A stretch of DNA of 64,000 nucleotides from Mayamaea pseudoterrestris (GCA_027923505.1 BROI01000014.1:372001-436000), one strand, 5' to 3'. Counted from the first letter of the stretch, positions 42,425 through 55,740 are shown. Numbers and translations are program-made. Notes: generated by a model from the sequence alone, not told the origin.

Positions 42425-44261
42425 ATGATCAAGTTTGTGTCGCTGCTGCTTGTGTTGGCGTCCATAGCGGACGCCTTTCAGTTTATGAAGAATTGGAAAA
42501 TGCCGTGAGTGATGAATGGCTTGTAGTTATTGGCTTGGTTGCTGTTCCAGTCGATCTTGTCACGTGTGCGAACGAATCTCATCACCCATCACTGACGCCA
42601 TTTTTCTTCATAAACGCTTTGCAGGACCTATGATCCCAACCAGGAGGCAATCGCAGACCGCTTTGGTGACAAGAGTGAGTAAACGCTGGTAGTAGATACT
42701 ATCCATAGGAATCCGTTGGTTTCAATCGTCTCATGCACCTCCATTCTCTCTCGCTCCTACCACTATAGAACTCGTCGTCTTGACTGGAACATCCAGTGGT
42801 CTCGGCCGCAAGACTGCCCTTGCGTTACTGAATACTGGAGAGTACCATGTCATTGGAGCTGTCCGAGACCTTGATAAAATGGAAGCCGTCGCCGAAGTTG
42901 ACGGCTTTGACATGAACAACTTTACGCCAATGTACTGCGAAATGAACTCGTTTGACTCCGTCTGCAAGTTTTGCGACAACGTTTTAAAATTCGCATTAAC
43001 CAAACCGATTGATCGATTAATGTGCAACGCCGGAGTCTACCAACCGTCGCTTCCATACGCCAAGTGGTCGGTGGACGGACATGAGCAAACGATGCAAATC
43101 AACTTTTTGTCGCACTTTCTCATGATATCAAAGCTCATGCCGTCCCTCATGCAGAGCAAGGATGCTCGCGTCGTCATGGTCGGAAGTGTCACCGGAAACG
43201 ACAATACGGTCGGTGGAGGCGGCGTGTATCCCGTGGCGGACTTGCACGAGCTGGAAGGCTTCGAAAAGGGTTTCACCAAGCCAGTGGCCATGGCGGATGG
43301 TTACGGCTTCATTGGCGCCAAGGCTTACAAGGATTCCAAGCTGTCACTCATGATGATGGCCAACTTTTTGCATACCAAGTATTACAAGTTGACGGGTGTT
43401 TCCTTTGCGTCAATGTATCCGGGTTGCATCGCCGAGAGTCCGCTCTTTCGCGAAAAGCGAGCGTGGTTTCGCAAGTACTTTCCCTTGTTCATGAAGACTA
43501 TTACTGGTGGATTCGTTGGAGAGCACGAAGCTGGTCAGCGGCTGTTTCAGTTGGCGCATGACCCTCGTTGCGCCAAGAGTGGTGTCTACTGGTCGTGGAA
43601 CGGAGGTCCGCGTGAAGGACGTGGGGTGGAAGCCTTGGAAAAGGGTGGACAAATCTCTGGTGGCGGCGGTGCTGGAGGAGGTTGGGATTCCATTTATGAG
43701 AATGACCAGAGCGCCAAGGTTTTGGACATTGACACGCAGCTCAAGCTATTTGAGACTGCCACTCAAATTACAGGGGCCGACTGGCCAGACATCAAGCAGG
43801 TGGTAAGTCCATGCCCGACTCTCAAGGTCATCACGGCTGTCACCAAGGGCATGGTCAAGCGCGAGGAACTGAAACGAATGCGTGAAATGGGACGACCGGG
43901 ATTGGAACAGGAAGCAGCTGTAGTAAAAATTAGCAAGGTGAAGAAAGTTGTCGCTGTCACGGACAAGATCGCCACTGGCGTACTGTCAAACACAGTTGGA
44001 CGAGTGGCTCGATTCGCAGGCAAGCGGGTACTTGGCGAGTTTCCAGAGGAGGCTGTCAAGGGATCCTTTGATGCGACTAATGCTGACGCACACCTTGCGT
44101 CGCTGAAAGAAGGTGCCGCTCTCTTTGACGAGGAAGTTGCGGCCCAGCTCGCTCAGGACCGAGTGGTTGATGTAGAAGACGAAGCACTCTTTCAGCAATT
44201 GTACGAAAAGGCATCGGACGTTAAAGTTAGCGTCACTACCAAGACGTCCATCAGTGCGTAG
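42425..44261 (+). CDS. POR: Light-dependent protochlorophyllide oxidoreductase, 3 exons (42425-42504, 42625-42674, 42769-44261)
   Basis: Signal peptide ending ADA-FQ. TGTSSGLG, CNAGVYQP, VGSVTGNDNT, KAYKDSK (YxxxK), YPGCIAESPLFRE, SGVYWSWN. Confidence 0.95.
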
Positions 44262-44506
44262 ACGCGGGTAATAGTGCATCGACTTACTAGCGCGCCAAAA
44301 TGGTAAAAACCAAACTTTAATACATGATTTAATAGCTACCGCGTAGTTCTATTCAAATATGGACATATAAACGTTAGTGTCTATCACATCAATTGGTAAA
44401 AGGCTGCAACTACAGCGATGGTCTACACATGCATTACGCCATATCTCATCGTCAAGGCGCCATAAAGTTCACACGCCACCCACGCGTGTACTCGTTGCTT
44501 TAATCG

Positions 44507-45626
44507 TTACATCATTTGACGATGCGGCAAGTCTCCTTCCGTTAAACCATCGCATATAGCCCGCCAGTCTCGCATGGTCAAAGTCAAGACGGATTGCTTG
44601 TGAGGGCAGGCCTCTTCGTTGGTTTTGGCGGCAGACGACGCCGTCACATAGATTCCACCACGCTTGCGCACACCTCCAAGTCCGGCGGCTTCCTCGCGAA
44701 GACAAATCTTGGCTTCTCCCTTTTTAATCAAAAAGCTAAAGTGGAAAATGTTTTCCACTGTTTGGGTGAAGGAGCAAGGGTTGCAAAGGTACTTGACGCC
44801 GTCAATGTCATTTCCCAACCCTGATTTTTGATTTTCCTTGATGCGCTTCTTGAGTTGCTTCTCCATTTGCTTGATTGTCTTTTCCGTCGCGCTGAGCTTG
44901 TTTGGGTCGCCCTGTTGCTCTCCTTGTTGAATCTCTTGCGGCTTGACTGCTTCCGTCAAGTCAGCGTCTTGCTTCTTACTGCGCTGCTTGGGTGCCTTGC
45001 GCTCTTTAATAACTGGCTCGGCCGCCAGCGGTCCAGACAAAAAGGTGACGCGCTCCGGAAGGGCATTGAAGCAAACGCCAGCCTCCTTGCCGAGCATGAG
45101 CCAGTTGAAGCGACCGTCCGTCGAGCACTTTTGCTTGAAGCGGTAAATGAGCTTGCCAGCGTCATAGCGAGGAACCTGGAAAGAGTGAAAGCGAGGCAAT
45201 GAGAATTGATTAGGTCGAATCGCTATACAAATTGATAAAAGCTTCAATCATTCACGCATACAAAAATGACGGGCTCGAATCATAACGTACCTGAACAAGC
45301 GACTCGACATATTGCTCCATCTTTTGCGCATGCAAATGCACATTCTCGGCATCCAAGACTGCTTCGCGCGAGTATTTGACTTTTGCCTTGAAGAGTTCGT
45401 TGTTGCGCAGCGCAAGCGCGCCCAGCTGGTCGGGAGCAGTGGCCGACTTGAGTCGTTCATTCAGCGTTCGCTGCTCCATGCGAGTCTCTCGACGAATCTC
45501 CTTGGTGAGGCCGCTGTCCTCAAAGACAGTTACTTGCTTGCGGCGCTTGCGACTACGATGCGTTTCCATCGTTTCGTCGTTCAAATCGACCAGGTCATGG
45601 TCGTGGGCGTGAGGAGACGGCGGCAT
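44507..45626 (-). CDS. NSE4: SMC5/6 kleisin NSE4, 2 exons (45626-45291, 45175-44507)
   Basis: N-terminal SREAVLDAE and Nse4_C motif NPCSFTQTVENIFHFSFLIKKG. Intron 45176-45290. Confidence 0.85.
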
Positions 45627-45973
45627 GGCGAAGGAAGCGTTGCTTGTGTTTTTGGAAATGGATTGTAGTGTGTGAAGTGATGGAGCTGCAGCGATAATCG
45701 CCACGAAGGTGGGCACGGCGGCCTCGGCAAGAACTTCATTGAGAGTGCGACTTTTAAATTTAAAGGACGCGCCTGTCGAGCCTGCCGCCAATTGTTTTGG
45801 CGCGCGATTCAACGGGCACCGTTTGCTAGCTATTACTAGCCACCCTGCAGAAATTAGCGCGGCAACGAGAAGCACTTCTGTACTTTTTTTCAGAAAGTGA
45901 TCACTGAATTCGGTATCTAATGCCTACTTTAAGATATATCAATGCTACATGCAACAACACTTATTTAACTTAA

Positions 45974-48341
45974 CTACAGAGCCTTTGCCTCCGGTTGCAA
46001 AACGCTTGCATCCTTCAAAGAACTCGCCACCGTCCAAGGTCCGTAGTACCACAGCAGACCAGAGCTTACAGCAAGCCCGGCCTTGACGAGACTCTTGTAT
46101 TCTGTTCCGTACTCGCCGTAGTAAATGCCGAGACCAAGGAGCGCTCCGCAGGCAATCACCCTCTTGGTCTGCATTCGTCGTTGCACTATTGCGCCAGCAT
46201 CTGTCAGCAACGAAATCTTTTCGCAAATTTGCTTAGTTCGCTCAAACGTCGGGTCAATCACACCATTGCTTCGCGCTGTTTTGGCCTTGTTGATAATGGC
46301 TTGCGCAAACGAGTAGAATGTATTGTGCACCTCGGCAATGTTGTTGGTCCGAAGCAACAGCTTGCACGAGAGTCCCTTGCGGATCTTGACAACGCCAGTG
46401 AAGACATCAAGGTTGCTGTAGCACTTCGCCAATGTAGCAATGGCCATGACTTGCGGAATGGCGCAGAACCGAAAGACTTCGGCGCACTCCAGCTTGTCCA
46501 TGTATGCCAAACAATCTGGTACCAGTTCGAGCGCGTCAGTGACCAGTTCGTTCAAGCACTCCAAAGCCTTGGCTTGCACTTCGGGAGTAGTGGGATCGGC
46601 AAAGTATCCAAGCTCTCCAGTCGCCGAGTACTTTTTCCATATTGACTGCGGCCAGAAGGCCCGCTTGTCGACGTAGTCTTCAAGGTAGTCGCGAATAATG
46701 TTTGTCTTTTGCAAAAAGAGACCCATTTGATCACTCAGCTTCAACTCGCCCGCCAGTGATGGCTGCTCCAAACCCGACGCCGCAAACAGCCGACTCAAAC
46801 CTTCTCCAACAAGACCAGCGACAAAGTGACAGTAGCGATTGTATTCAGTGACATCCTTGGTACCTTGACCAAGATCCTTGCCAACAAACTCGGCCATGCC
46901 TTGCGCCATGCGCTGCGTAATGTCGCGAATGACTTGCTGCGACGCGGGCTGTAAACAAGCAAAAACAGCATGTGCCTTGGGAAACTCTTGCAGCAAGCGT
47001 CGCTCGTCGTTCTCACCGACGCCGTCCATGCGCCACGTTTCGTCGCCGAGAGCATTCTTGGTGAAGTCGCGCAAGTGCTTGATTTTGATCGCATGACTTT
47101 CAAACGCCTTCGTATCATCCTCAATGGTATCGAGTGCTCTCAAAACCAGGTAAAAGATGAGAATGTCAACCAACAGAGTTGGTGGAAGCTGTTGAATGAC
47201 GGCGGCAAAGGACCGCGACACCTTGACGAGAATGTCATTGCAAAAGGCCAGCTCCTCCTTTGGAAACTTGGTTTGAATGTAAGCCTTGTCCAAGTTGGAT
47301 GCCAAAGGTTTTAGGTAGAGAATGGTGAGCGCCGCAAAGACTTCGTCAACGTGGACAAGTTGCACCAGCGTTGACTCCTTGTGAGTCGTGACCTTGCCGT
47401 AGGCTCCTTGTTTCTTGCTGAGACGATGATCATTGCGAATGTGAGATATAAATGTAACATTGTCTATAAAACATCATTTCGTTAATTAGCATCACTCACT
47501 TTACATCTCCCTTGGATGTTTTTGTAAACAATGCTTGCGCATTGCCGGCGCCGCCAAAGTGTTCCGCCGGTGGATCAAACTCACAAATCGTTTGATAGTC
47601 GTCATACCTGCCAGCCATGGTGGCGTCCAAGTTGGACCACCAGTTCCAAAGCCACTTTTCACAAATCAAACGAAACCATGGACTAAAAAGTAACTTTTTG
47701 TCTTGAAACATATGCTTCAATTCATCCATGCTCACCCACTTGCAGTTGGATACTTCATCGTCGTTGGGATGCAGCGGCATGACATTCTTCGCATTGTCTA
47801 CACAAACAAACAGCACATAGTCAATCTCATGCTCACCCCAGGGACTGTTTGGTCCGTGCGTGACAGTATCGGCCGCCCAGTAGTGAAGCCGCGTCACAAA
47901 GTGAAAATCTGACACGCTCAATCCACGAATGCCCAATTCATGCTGCAGCTTGCGAATCGCCGCATGCTTGACGCCATTCACTTGTCCCTTGATTACACTT
48001 TTTGGCAGATCCACTTCACTTTGCTCCATGCCGTGCAGTGGATGCGAGCAGCACGTGTTCGTCCAAACGTTGGGAAAGGTAATCTTGTGCGATGCGCGCT
48101 GCTGCAGGAGCAACTTGTTGGTCGACTTGTCGAACAGAAAAACACTAAAGGCGCGATGCAAGACTCCGTGCGGCTGCTGATTGCTAAACACGTGGGAGTT
48201 TTGCTTGGAGGCGGATCCAATGATATTGTCGTTATTGTCAACGACTAACACGGAGTCCTTGAGCATGAGGTCGGTTTGCGACAAGCCGGATGCCCATGGA
48301 GTCGATGATGGAGCAGCGGCGGCGGATGACGAGGAAGCCAT
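45974..48341 (-). CDS. IDISQS: Isopentenyl-diphosphate isomerase - squalene synthase fusion (IDISQS), 2 exons (48341-47500, 47417-45974), 761 aa
   Basis: IDI1 motifs LHRAFSVFLF, WTNTCCSHP and WGEHEIDY. SQS motifs VSRSFAAVI, YLVLRALDTIEDD, YCHFVAGLVGEGL and GLFLQKTNIIRDYLED. An 82-nt GTGAGT..CAG intron joins them in frame. Confidence 0.92.
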
Positions 48342-48663
48342 GGTAGTATCGACGTGTAGTATCAGCAGCAGTATCGAGTAGTAGTAGAGCAAGTAGAACC
48401 AACCGCACCTTGGCTGCCAGTGGTTCATGGTTTGTCCAAGGTCGACGAAGCAACGAAAGTGGGTGGAAGCAGCAGCTTGCTTCCGCATTGGTCTGGAGGC
48501 GCGCTGGCGCGCGCAAAAATGAATCAGCGGCACTGAAAGAAGCTGATGCGACATGACAGCAACGCGCCGCGCCACCAACCATGACGAACCAAGCCGCTCG
48601 CGTTTGTTCCATTTACAGGTTTAATTCACACCAGCAACTATATACAACTACAGATACAAAATA

Positions 48664-49387
48664 ATGGAAGCTCAACCCACAACTGAAAAAACTGCTGCTG
48701 ATCACCACGAAGACCAAGTCGCCGACGATGACGACGACGACGAAGACTTGGAGAAGCTGCAGGCCGAGATTGCTCGCATGGAGGAGCAGGCTGCACTCAT
48801 TGCCAAGGAAAACGAAGAACTCCAACGGAAGCGACAGCAACTGGTTGGCACCAAAGCGGATGAGTCTGCTGCAAAAGCGGGAAGCGAAAAGACGCAGCTG
48901 CAGCGCGATGGAAACAGCATCTACGTGGGACAAGTGGATTACTCGACCACGCCGGAGGAGCTCTTGGCGCATTTTGAAGCATGCGGATCGGTGGAGCGAG
49001 TCACGATTGTTTGGTATGTGCGAGTGAAAATGCAGGAATGTGTGTCGTCAGCCTCGATATAGCTTTATTCATTCTCATTTACCCCCTATACCTTGCAGCG
49101 ACAAATTCACTGGCCGTCCGAAGGGTTTCGCGTACTTGGAGTTTGACAATGAGGCCGCCGTTGAAAACGCCATGAAGCTTGACAATTCCGAATTCAAGGG
49201 CCGCAACCTAAAGGTAACACCCAAGCGTGTCAACCAGCCGGGCATGGGTGCGTCGGCGATGCGCGGCGGTGGAAGAGGTTTTCATCGGGGTGGCGGACGA
49301 GGCGGTGGCTTTCGGGGTGGAGGTCGCGGACGAGGTAGAGGAGGATTTCGTGGCGGCGGCGCGCGAGGATATCATCCTTACTACTAA
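48664..49387 (+). CDS. PABPN1: Nuclear poly(A)-binding protein PABPN1/PABN, 2 exons (48664-49013, 49099-49387)
   Basis: [39 protein letters not shown] tail and terminal HPYY. Confidence 0.93.
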
Positions 49388-49631
49388 ATATTGTGAAAGC
49401 ATATCTGAAACGAAGCAGTGAAATTGAACGAGAATGTAAGTGAAGTCCATTTGCCGACGAGACAGTGAGAAACAACAACGCGATTGCGCTGGCCGAGACA
49501 ATTGATTCCTCATAGAGAACATGTATTATTATTAAACCTTTCATAAAGCAGACAATAAAGTGTACATTCGTAGTCATTGGATCACGTAGTTACAAAAACT
49601 ATAAAGTACGCTTCTACACACATGCTGCGTT

Positions 49632-51096
49632 TTACTTTCGCTCAACAAAGAAGGCCTTTTCCGTTTCCTCTGGTGAGCTATAGGATGCTCCATTCACCTT
49701 GGCGCCTGCTGCCACCCATTCCTTTAATTCCTCTGGAATCGTCACTTTACCGTCTGCGGATGTCACCTTGACCCATGCTTCCGAGTCGGTGCGAAGTGGC
49801 GTTCGCTCAATAAACGCGTGGAACCTTGCCTCCTCAATCAAATTGTCCATGGTTGGTCCCAGCTGAATGCCTGCCTCCGCCGCTGCGCGACGCTCCTCTG
49901 GTGTCATGGAGTCAAAGTCCTTGTCATCGGCCAAGGCCGTTTCCCAATAGTCTGGAAGGTTAATTTTCGGTGGGTTTGCCTTGAAGTACGCCTTGACAGC
50001 CAACGACTGCGTCAAGGTGAAAATGTTGCTCGTGAACCAGTAAATTGTCAATCCAGCCGGCACTTGCAGCGAGAAGAAACCAATCATGAGTGGCAAGAAC
50101 TTGAGCACCGTTTGTGACTTTTCCAAGGTTTCCTTTTCGTCGTCGCTCATGTTTTCATCCACTGGCGGTTGCAGAGCACGCATGGTAACACTTTGAAGCG
50201 TCACCAGCACCACGGGCATGATGAGATACGCAATCGTTGTTTCCCATCCCAAGGATGGCGTCGGCAAGCCTCCTCCCACGGCTGCCTCCCAGTTTTGAGT
50301 CAACCAGTCCAAGCCGCGATAATCGGGAGGAGACACTGGTCCCTCCAAGGATGGAATCCAAAGGAAGGGTTCCGATATCTCGCCATCCAACGCCAGCAAC
50401 CGTACTCCGCGATATAAGCCAAGAAAGATTGGAAGCTGAACAATGCTAGTCAAGCATCCCGCCAAGGGATTTTGATTGGCGTCCTCGTAAAGTTTGGCAA
50501 CGGCTTGATTCTGAGCGCTTTGGTTATTCTTAAATTTTAACTTAATCTCGGCGACATACGGCTTGAGCACTTTCATGTACTCTGCCGACTTTGTTTGTTG
50601 AAGTGACAGTGGAATCAAGAGGGAGCGACACACTAACGAAAGAGTAGAAAGTGTATAGGTGAGACATGGATTTCGACGGAAAACTCGCGCACCAATTCCA
50701 ACGCAAGACTCGCTGCTTTCTAAACTCACTGGCAGTAAATATGGCAATGGATATTCCCCATGTTTGTTCCACTCCGATATTCTTTAATGGTTGATCAATA
50801 ATGCTATGAACCCCCAGCAACGTATTCTTGAATATATTCAAGTAGCTCTGCCACCATCCGCCGTCGTCTTGCGCAGCAGCTGCAGCCGCATCGGAAAGCA
50901 ACTGCGAAGGCAGCCAGTCGGAATGTTGCGCGAGTGCATTTGATATATCAGTCAAGTATTCCGGAGAAAATACTTGAAGTGGTCGAACATGCTGTAGCGT
51001 TCTGGTCGTTGGCATTCGTTGCGTTGTGAAGCCTGTCACGCTCGTGGTGGCGCCTGAAAGCAGTAGAAAGCTTGAAAATTTCATGATATTTAACAT
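49632..51096 (-). CDS. ALB3: Plastid ALB3 (YidC/Oxa1/Alb3 insertase), 2 exons (51096-50730, 50632-49632)
   Basis: Signal peptide ending VTG-F. NPLAGCL, QLPIFLGLY, FLWIPSLEGP, FLPLMIGFFSLQVPAGLTIYWFTSN. Confidence 0.93.
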
Positions 51097-51418
51097 TTTG
51101 AAATTCTTTATTTATGGTAGAAAGGCAGTCTCGTTTAGTTGTCTACTTGACCGTCTGTAGTCTTGACAATCGATTGTAATGCGATGTGTTGATGGGTCGA
51201 AGATCCTCGGCAATCGATGAGGTTGAAGTTTGCATCGATCATCAGTCTGGCCGTCGACCGCTCGCGCCGATCTTTGCGATCTTCACAATGTTTTGCGCTG
51301 CGCATGATAGCTATGCTATGCACGGCTCGCAGTGTGCTCCCGGAAGCACAACAGTAAGCTTCCATATGTAGTTGGAGACTAAGCTTGATTTACAACTTTA
51401 CTGATTTGACTAAAAATG

Positions 51419-52432
51419 TTACGGAAAGACAACATCAAGCTTTCCCAATGCCAACAAAATGAGCCACAAGACTCCAATCAATACGCTGAGCCCAGCCGAA
51501 ATGACTTGTATCAAGTACTGCCGATGTCCACTGACACCGCCCACCTTGCTACTCAGCGCGCCATACACAAGGGCAAAGGTACCCATGGTGATGATTGACA
51601 TGATGCAAAAGCATCCCAAATACAAGGTGGCGAGTCGCCAATCATGCAACTGAACAGCTGGAATGACTCCCAAAATGCCGCCAGGTCCAGCCAAACCATG
51701 AATTATGCCAGCCAGTAGCGCCATGGTTCCTGTGGAAATCTTGTCGACTAGCCGTGCACAGCAATGCTTGGGTGGAGACGTTTCTTCGTCGTCATTGCTG
51801 TCGAGAGAATTTGTATTCTCTGCTAATTCCTCGTCGCTACATTGAGCGACTTCCTCGTCTACTAAACCAGTGTCACGATGCACATCATCGTTAGCAGGAG
51901 CATCGACCGACTGCAATAGTTCTTCGTCAAATTCCGCAATAGACTTGTCATCTACAACCTCTAGCTCTCCACCACTATTTATCACTTTCCGTCGAATCGT
52001 CCTAGCTCTCCAAAATCCATATGCTCCCAATAGTAGCATGAATACTCCCACCAAGCTCTCAAAGAATGTCGAAACAGCATGAGGAATCTCAATTTGCTTG
52101 CTGTTGCTGTCCTGCGTGATTGCAATGAATATACCTCCCACGACGATTAAACCGAGCGAGTGGCCCAAGCCCCAGCGCACGCCGAGCCACACGGCTTGCA
52201 GCGGCGGAGCGTTGGAACTCAGCGTCGCCAGCGCCGACATGTGGTCGGGTCCAGTCAGGACGTGCAGCATGCCAAGGACCTGACAAATGGATGAGGTGCG
52301 GGGCGTGAATGAATGAGCAAATGCAACGAGCATGCGGTATTTCACGGTCAATCCATTGTCAAGACACTAATGTATATTGCACAAACTCACCATTCCGGTC
52401 CCGGCCAATGATCCCGTCTGTGTAGCAACCAT
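51419..52432 (-). CDS. Nickel/cobalt transporter-like (UreH/SodT/NiCO family) membrane protein, 2 exons (52432-52391, 52279-51419)
   Basis: HVLTGPDHMSAL, WGLGHSLG and GIIHGLAGPGG motifs. About 6 TM helices with an acidic loop. Confidence 0.8.
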
Positions 52433-53169
52433 GATGCAGAGATTACTCTCGATGCTTGCCTTTCGTCGGCACCAAGAGATGTGTGTGTTGTCACGCCGTC
52501 CAAAGATCGCTCTCGAGTACCGGTACGATGGATTAGAACCAGTGCGACTTTTTGGTGTGTAGCGTAGCGATGTTCTTTCCTAACTGAGATGATAAAAAGC
52601 TGTAGAGCCCAATCTCCTTTTATCTTTATCTTTGAATGACAATGATGTTTGTGCAATCAACGCGTGCGTGACGTGACGCAGCCAGAGGCTGGCGAGAGCC
52701 AACAATGATGTTGGATGTTGGGAGGGTGGTGTGTTGATATTGGTTATGTTGTGTGTGGGGCGGCATGAGGCGCAAGCGCCATCACACCTGGTCAAAAATT
52801 ATACAGAGACTCAGCGCTAGTGCACTGAGTGATGCGGGATCACGTACAGGCAGAGTGTATGGCCCAGCTCCTCCGCATCCCGACCGACCTGCTGGATCAT
52901 CGGCCTGAGTCCGCAAGGTAAGTATGGTTGCATCACGAGAGTTGAATGCATTCGATTCATCACACCCTCCCCAACTATGATGCAAAGCCTTGTTAGGGCC
53001 ATAATATTAATCTTTTCTCGTCTACCGGATGACGTCGCTTCGGTATTGAGATTGGCCGACTCATTCCATGCCATCACCATGATTGACTCATGCATCTTTC
53101 GTCCATTTGCTACAAGAATTTGACAGCAAGGCACTACTAATTTAAGTTTCCTGTCCCCACTTGTAGAGT

Positions 53170-55740
53170 ATGATGCTATCTTTGTTACGGACCTATTGCT
53201 GGTTGACGTTGCTTGTTGCCGCCAATGCATTCCATTCTGCGAATCGTTTTCGCTCCTTCACCAAACACTTGGCAATTGACGCATTCGCAAGCAAGACAAC
53301 TTTACATGTCGCGACGGCTCCCGTCGCAGAATCTTCTCGCTTACGCAAAGCCAAGCTGCTACTAGAACAGCTGAGTGAAAATGAAGACTATCAAGATTTG
53401 CTCGAAACGACGGCAACAACAACAGCAGCAACCACTTCAACTACTCCATCTCCAGCAATCATTCTACCCGATTCCGTCTTTTTCAATGGCCACTTGACTG
53501 CCAGCAGCAGCAGCAGCAGCAGTAGCTCCACTGGCACCAAGAGCAGTCAAAACTACGTGACACGCTGGGCCCGCGGCGTCAAGGTGGCCGAACCCTTGGT
53601 GAAATATGATCCAATCCAAGCCGAAACGTTGCTCTTTCGGCAACCAACAAAGTGGGTGGTGCGCAACTTTCAGATTGCACTTCCGATTGGATGGTGGGCC
53701 GTGGGTGTCGTTACCGACTACGTGCTGGGGCAGCGCACCCAGCGCCATCGGCAGGCGCGGGCAAAGCAACTGCGCCAGGCCATTAGCGACTTGGGACCGG
53801 CCATCATCAAGGGCGGTCAAGCGCTGGCCAGTCGGCCCGACTTGCTTCCGGGCGAGTACTTGGTGGAGCTGCAAAAGTTGCAGGATGATGTGCCGCGTTA
53901 CAGTAACGAGTTGGCGTTCCAGACGGTGGAGCAAGAGTTGGGGCAGCCGTTTGAAAGTGTGTTTGAGCTGCTGGAGGATGAACCGGTTGCTGCCGCGTCA
54001 ATTGGGTAAGACAACTAATAGTCGAATGAGATGATGAAAAGGTAAAGATTGATATCATATATTATTGCTGACTCATCCTTCGCTCGCGCTTAATCCCAGA
54101 CAAGTGTACAAGGCGCGGCTCAAGGCGAATGGCGACACGGTGGCACTAAAGATTCAACGACCTGGGTGCGAGGAAGTCATTGCTCTTGATTTATACGTGT
54201 TACGATGGTGGAGTGGAGTATATAATCGCATCTTTGAGTTGTTAAATAGAAGCATTGATGTTCAAAATATTATTGACGATTTTGGGACGCTCATTTATCG
54301 GGAAATCGATTACGTGGCGGAAGCTGCCAATGCCCAACGCTTCAACGAGCTATACGCCGGTGTCAAAGATATCTTTATTCCAAAGATATACAGTGAGCTG
54401 ACAACTAGCAAGGTTCTAACAATGGAATGGGTTGATGGCTTTCGGTTGACGGATGTTGAGACGCTCCGGCGCTACGGATTAGACGAGACTAAGCTGGTCG
54501 ACATTCTTGTGCAAAGCAGTATGCAGCAAATTCTGCAAAATGGGTTTTACCATGCTGATCCACACGCTGGTACGTAACAACAAAAAAGTCTTCGTTGTTC
54601 TTGTTTTGCTATGCGCTTGCCATCTCATCTCACATACGACTAATAGGCAACATTTTGGCGTGTCCTGACGGCAGACTGTGCTACTTGGACTTTGGGATGA
54701 TGAGCTACGTCGCCAGTCACCAGAGAAACGGTTTCTTGCTCGCCGTGGTACACATTGTTAATCGAGATTGGCCCGAGCTTGTACGGCTTTATCAAAAACT
54801 TGGTTTCATTCCAGAAGGAACTGAATTGAAACCGATTGAAGATGCTTTGGAGCGAGCCATGCCTGATGTTCTGAACGCCGATATTACGGAGTTGAATATT
54901 AAGAACATTTTCAATAAGTTGGGCGATATCTTTTACAAATATCCCTTCTCTCTTCCTCCCTTTTACATTGCAATTATCCGATGCCTGGGTGTACTTGAAG
55001 GATTGGCCATTCAAGTTGATCCCACTGCTAAAATTGTGAGTGGTGCTTATCCTTACGTAGCCAGCCGAGTTTTGACTGATCCACAACCCGAGTTACAAGA
55101 AGCCCTGCGACGGCTTGCGTTGAATCCAGACGGGACTATCAGGTGGGGCCGACTGGAGGGCTTGCTGGAAGAGGCACAAACGTCGCAAGGGTATGATCCC
55201 TCGGCGGCACTTGATGTACTTTCAAATTACCTGCTTTCGCCAGACTCTGACAACCTAATTGAGGATCTCTTGCAGCAAGTCGTAAACGCCGCCGATAGCT
55301 TGGGCACCGAGTCCATTCGTTATGTGCTGGATGCTTCTCGAGCACTTATTATAAATGATGAAGTTGCAGCGGTAAGGGCATTTCGCAACTTGCAAGATAT
55401 TGTTGAGGCTGCACGAAGCGAGAACGCCGTCAAAGCCGTCAGAAACAAGGTAGGAGAAGACCTTCGAGACGTCTTGCCAGAGCCGACACCTTCAATGAAA
55501 CGGTTCTGGAAGATTATCACCCTGCTTAGCGCCAGAAACGGCCAAAATGATGTCGCCAACTTTATTCCAGTAATAAGGAAACTCGCACAGGAGCCGCGGA
55601 TACAACGTGCAGCAAACGAGATCGCTGCAAAACTTGGCGAACGCTTGCTCAGTCGGGGACTACGGGCAGCCTTTGGCCTTCCGCCTCCTACATTTGGTCG
55701 AAGTAGTCAAGCTTCGACAGTCACGGAAGATAATGTATAG
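53170..55740 (+). CDS. Plastid ABC1/UbiB atypical kinase, 3 exons (53170-54005, 54100-54569, 54647-55740)
   Basis: Signal peptide ending ANA-FH. LGPAIIKGGQALASRPDL, AAASIG/QVYKA, VALKIQRP, HADPHAG/N, LDFGMM. Confidence 0.92.
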
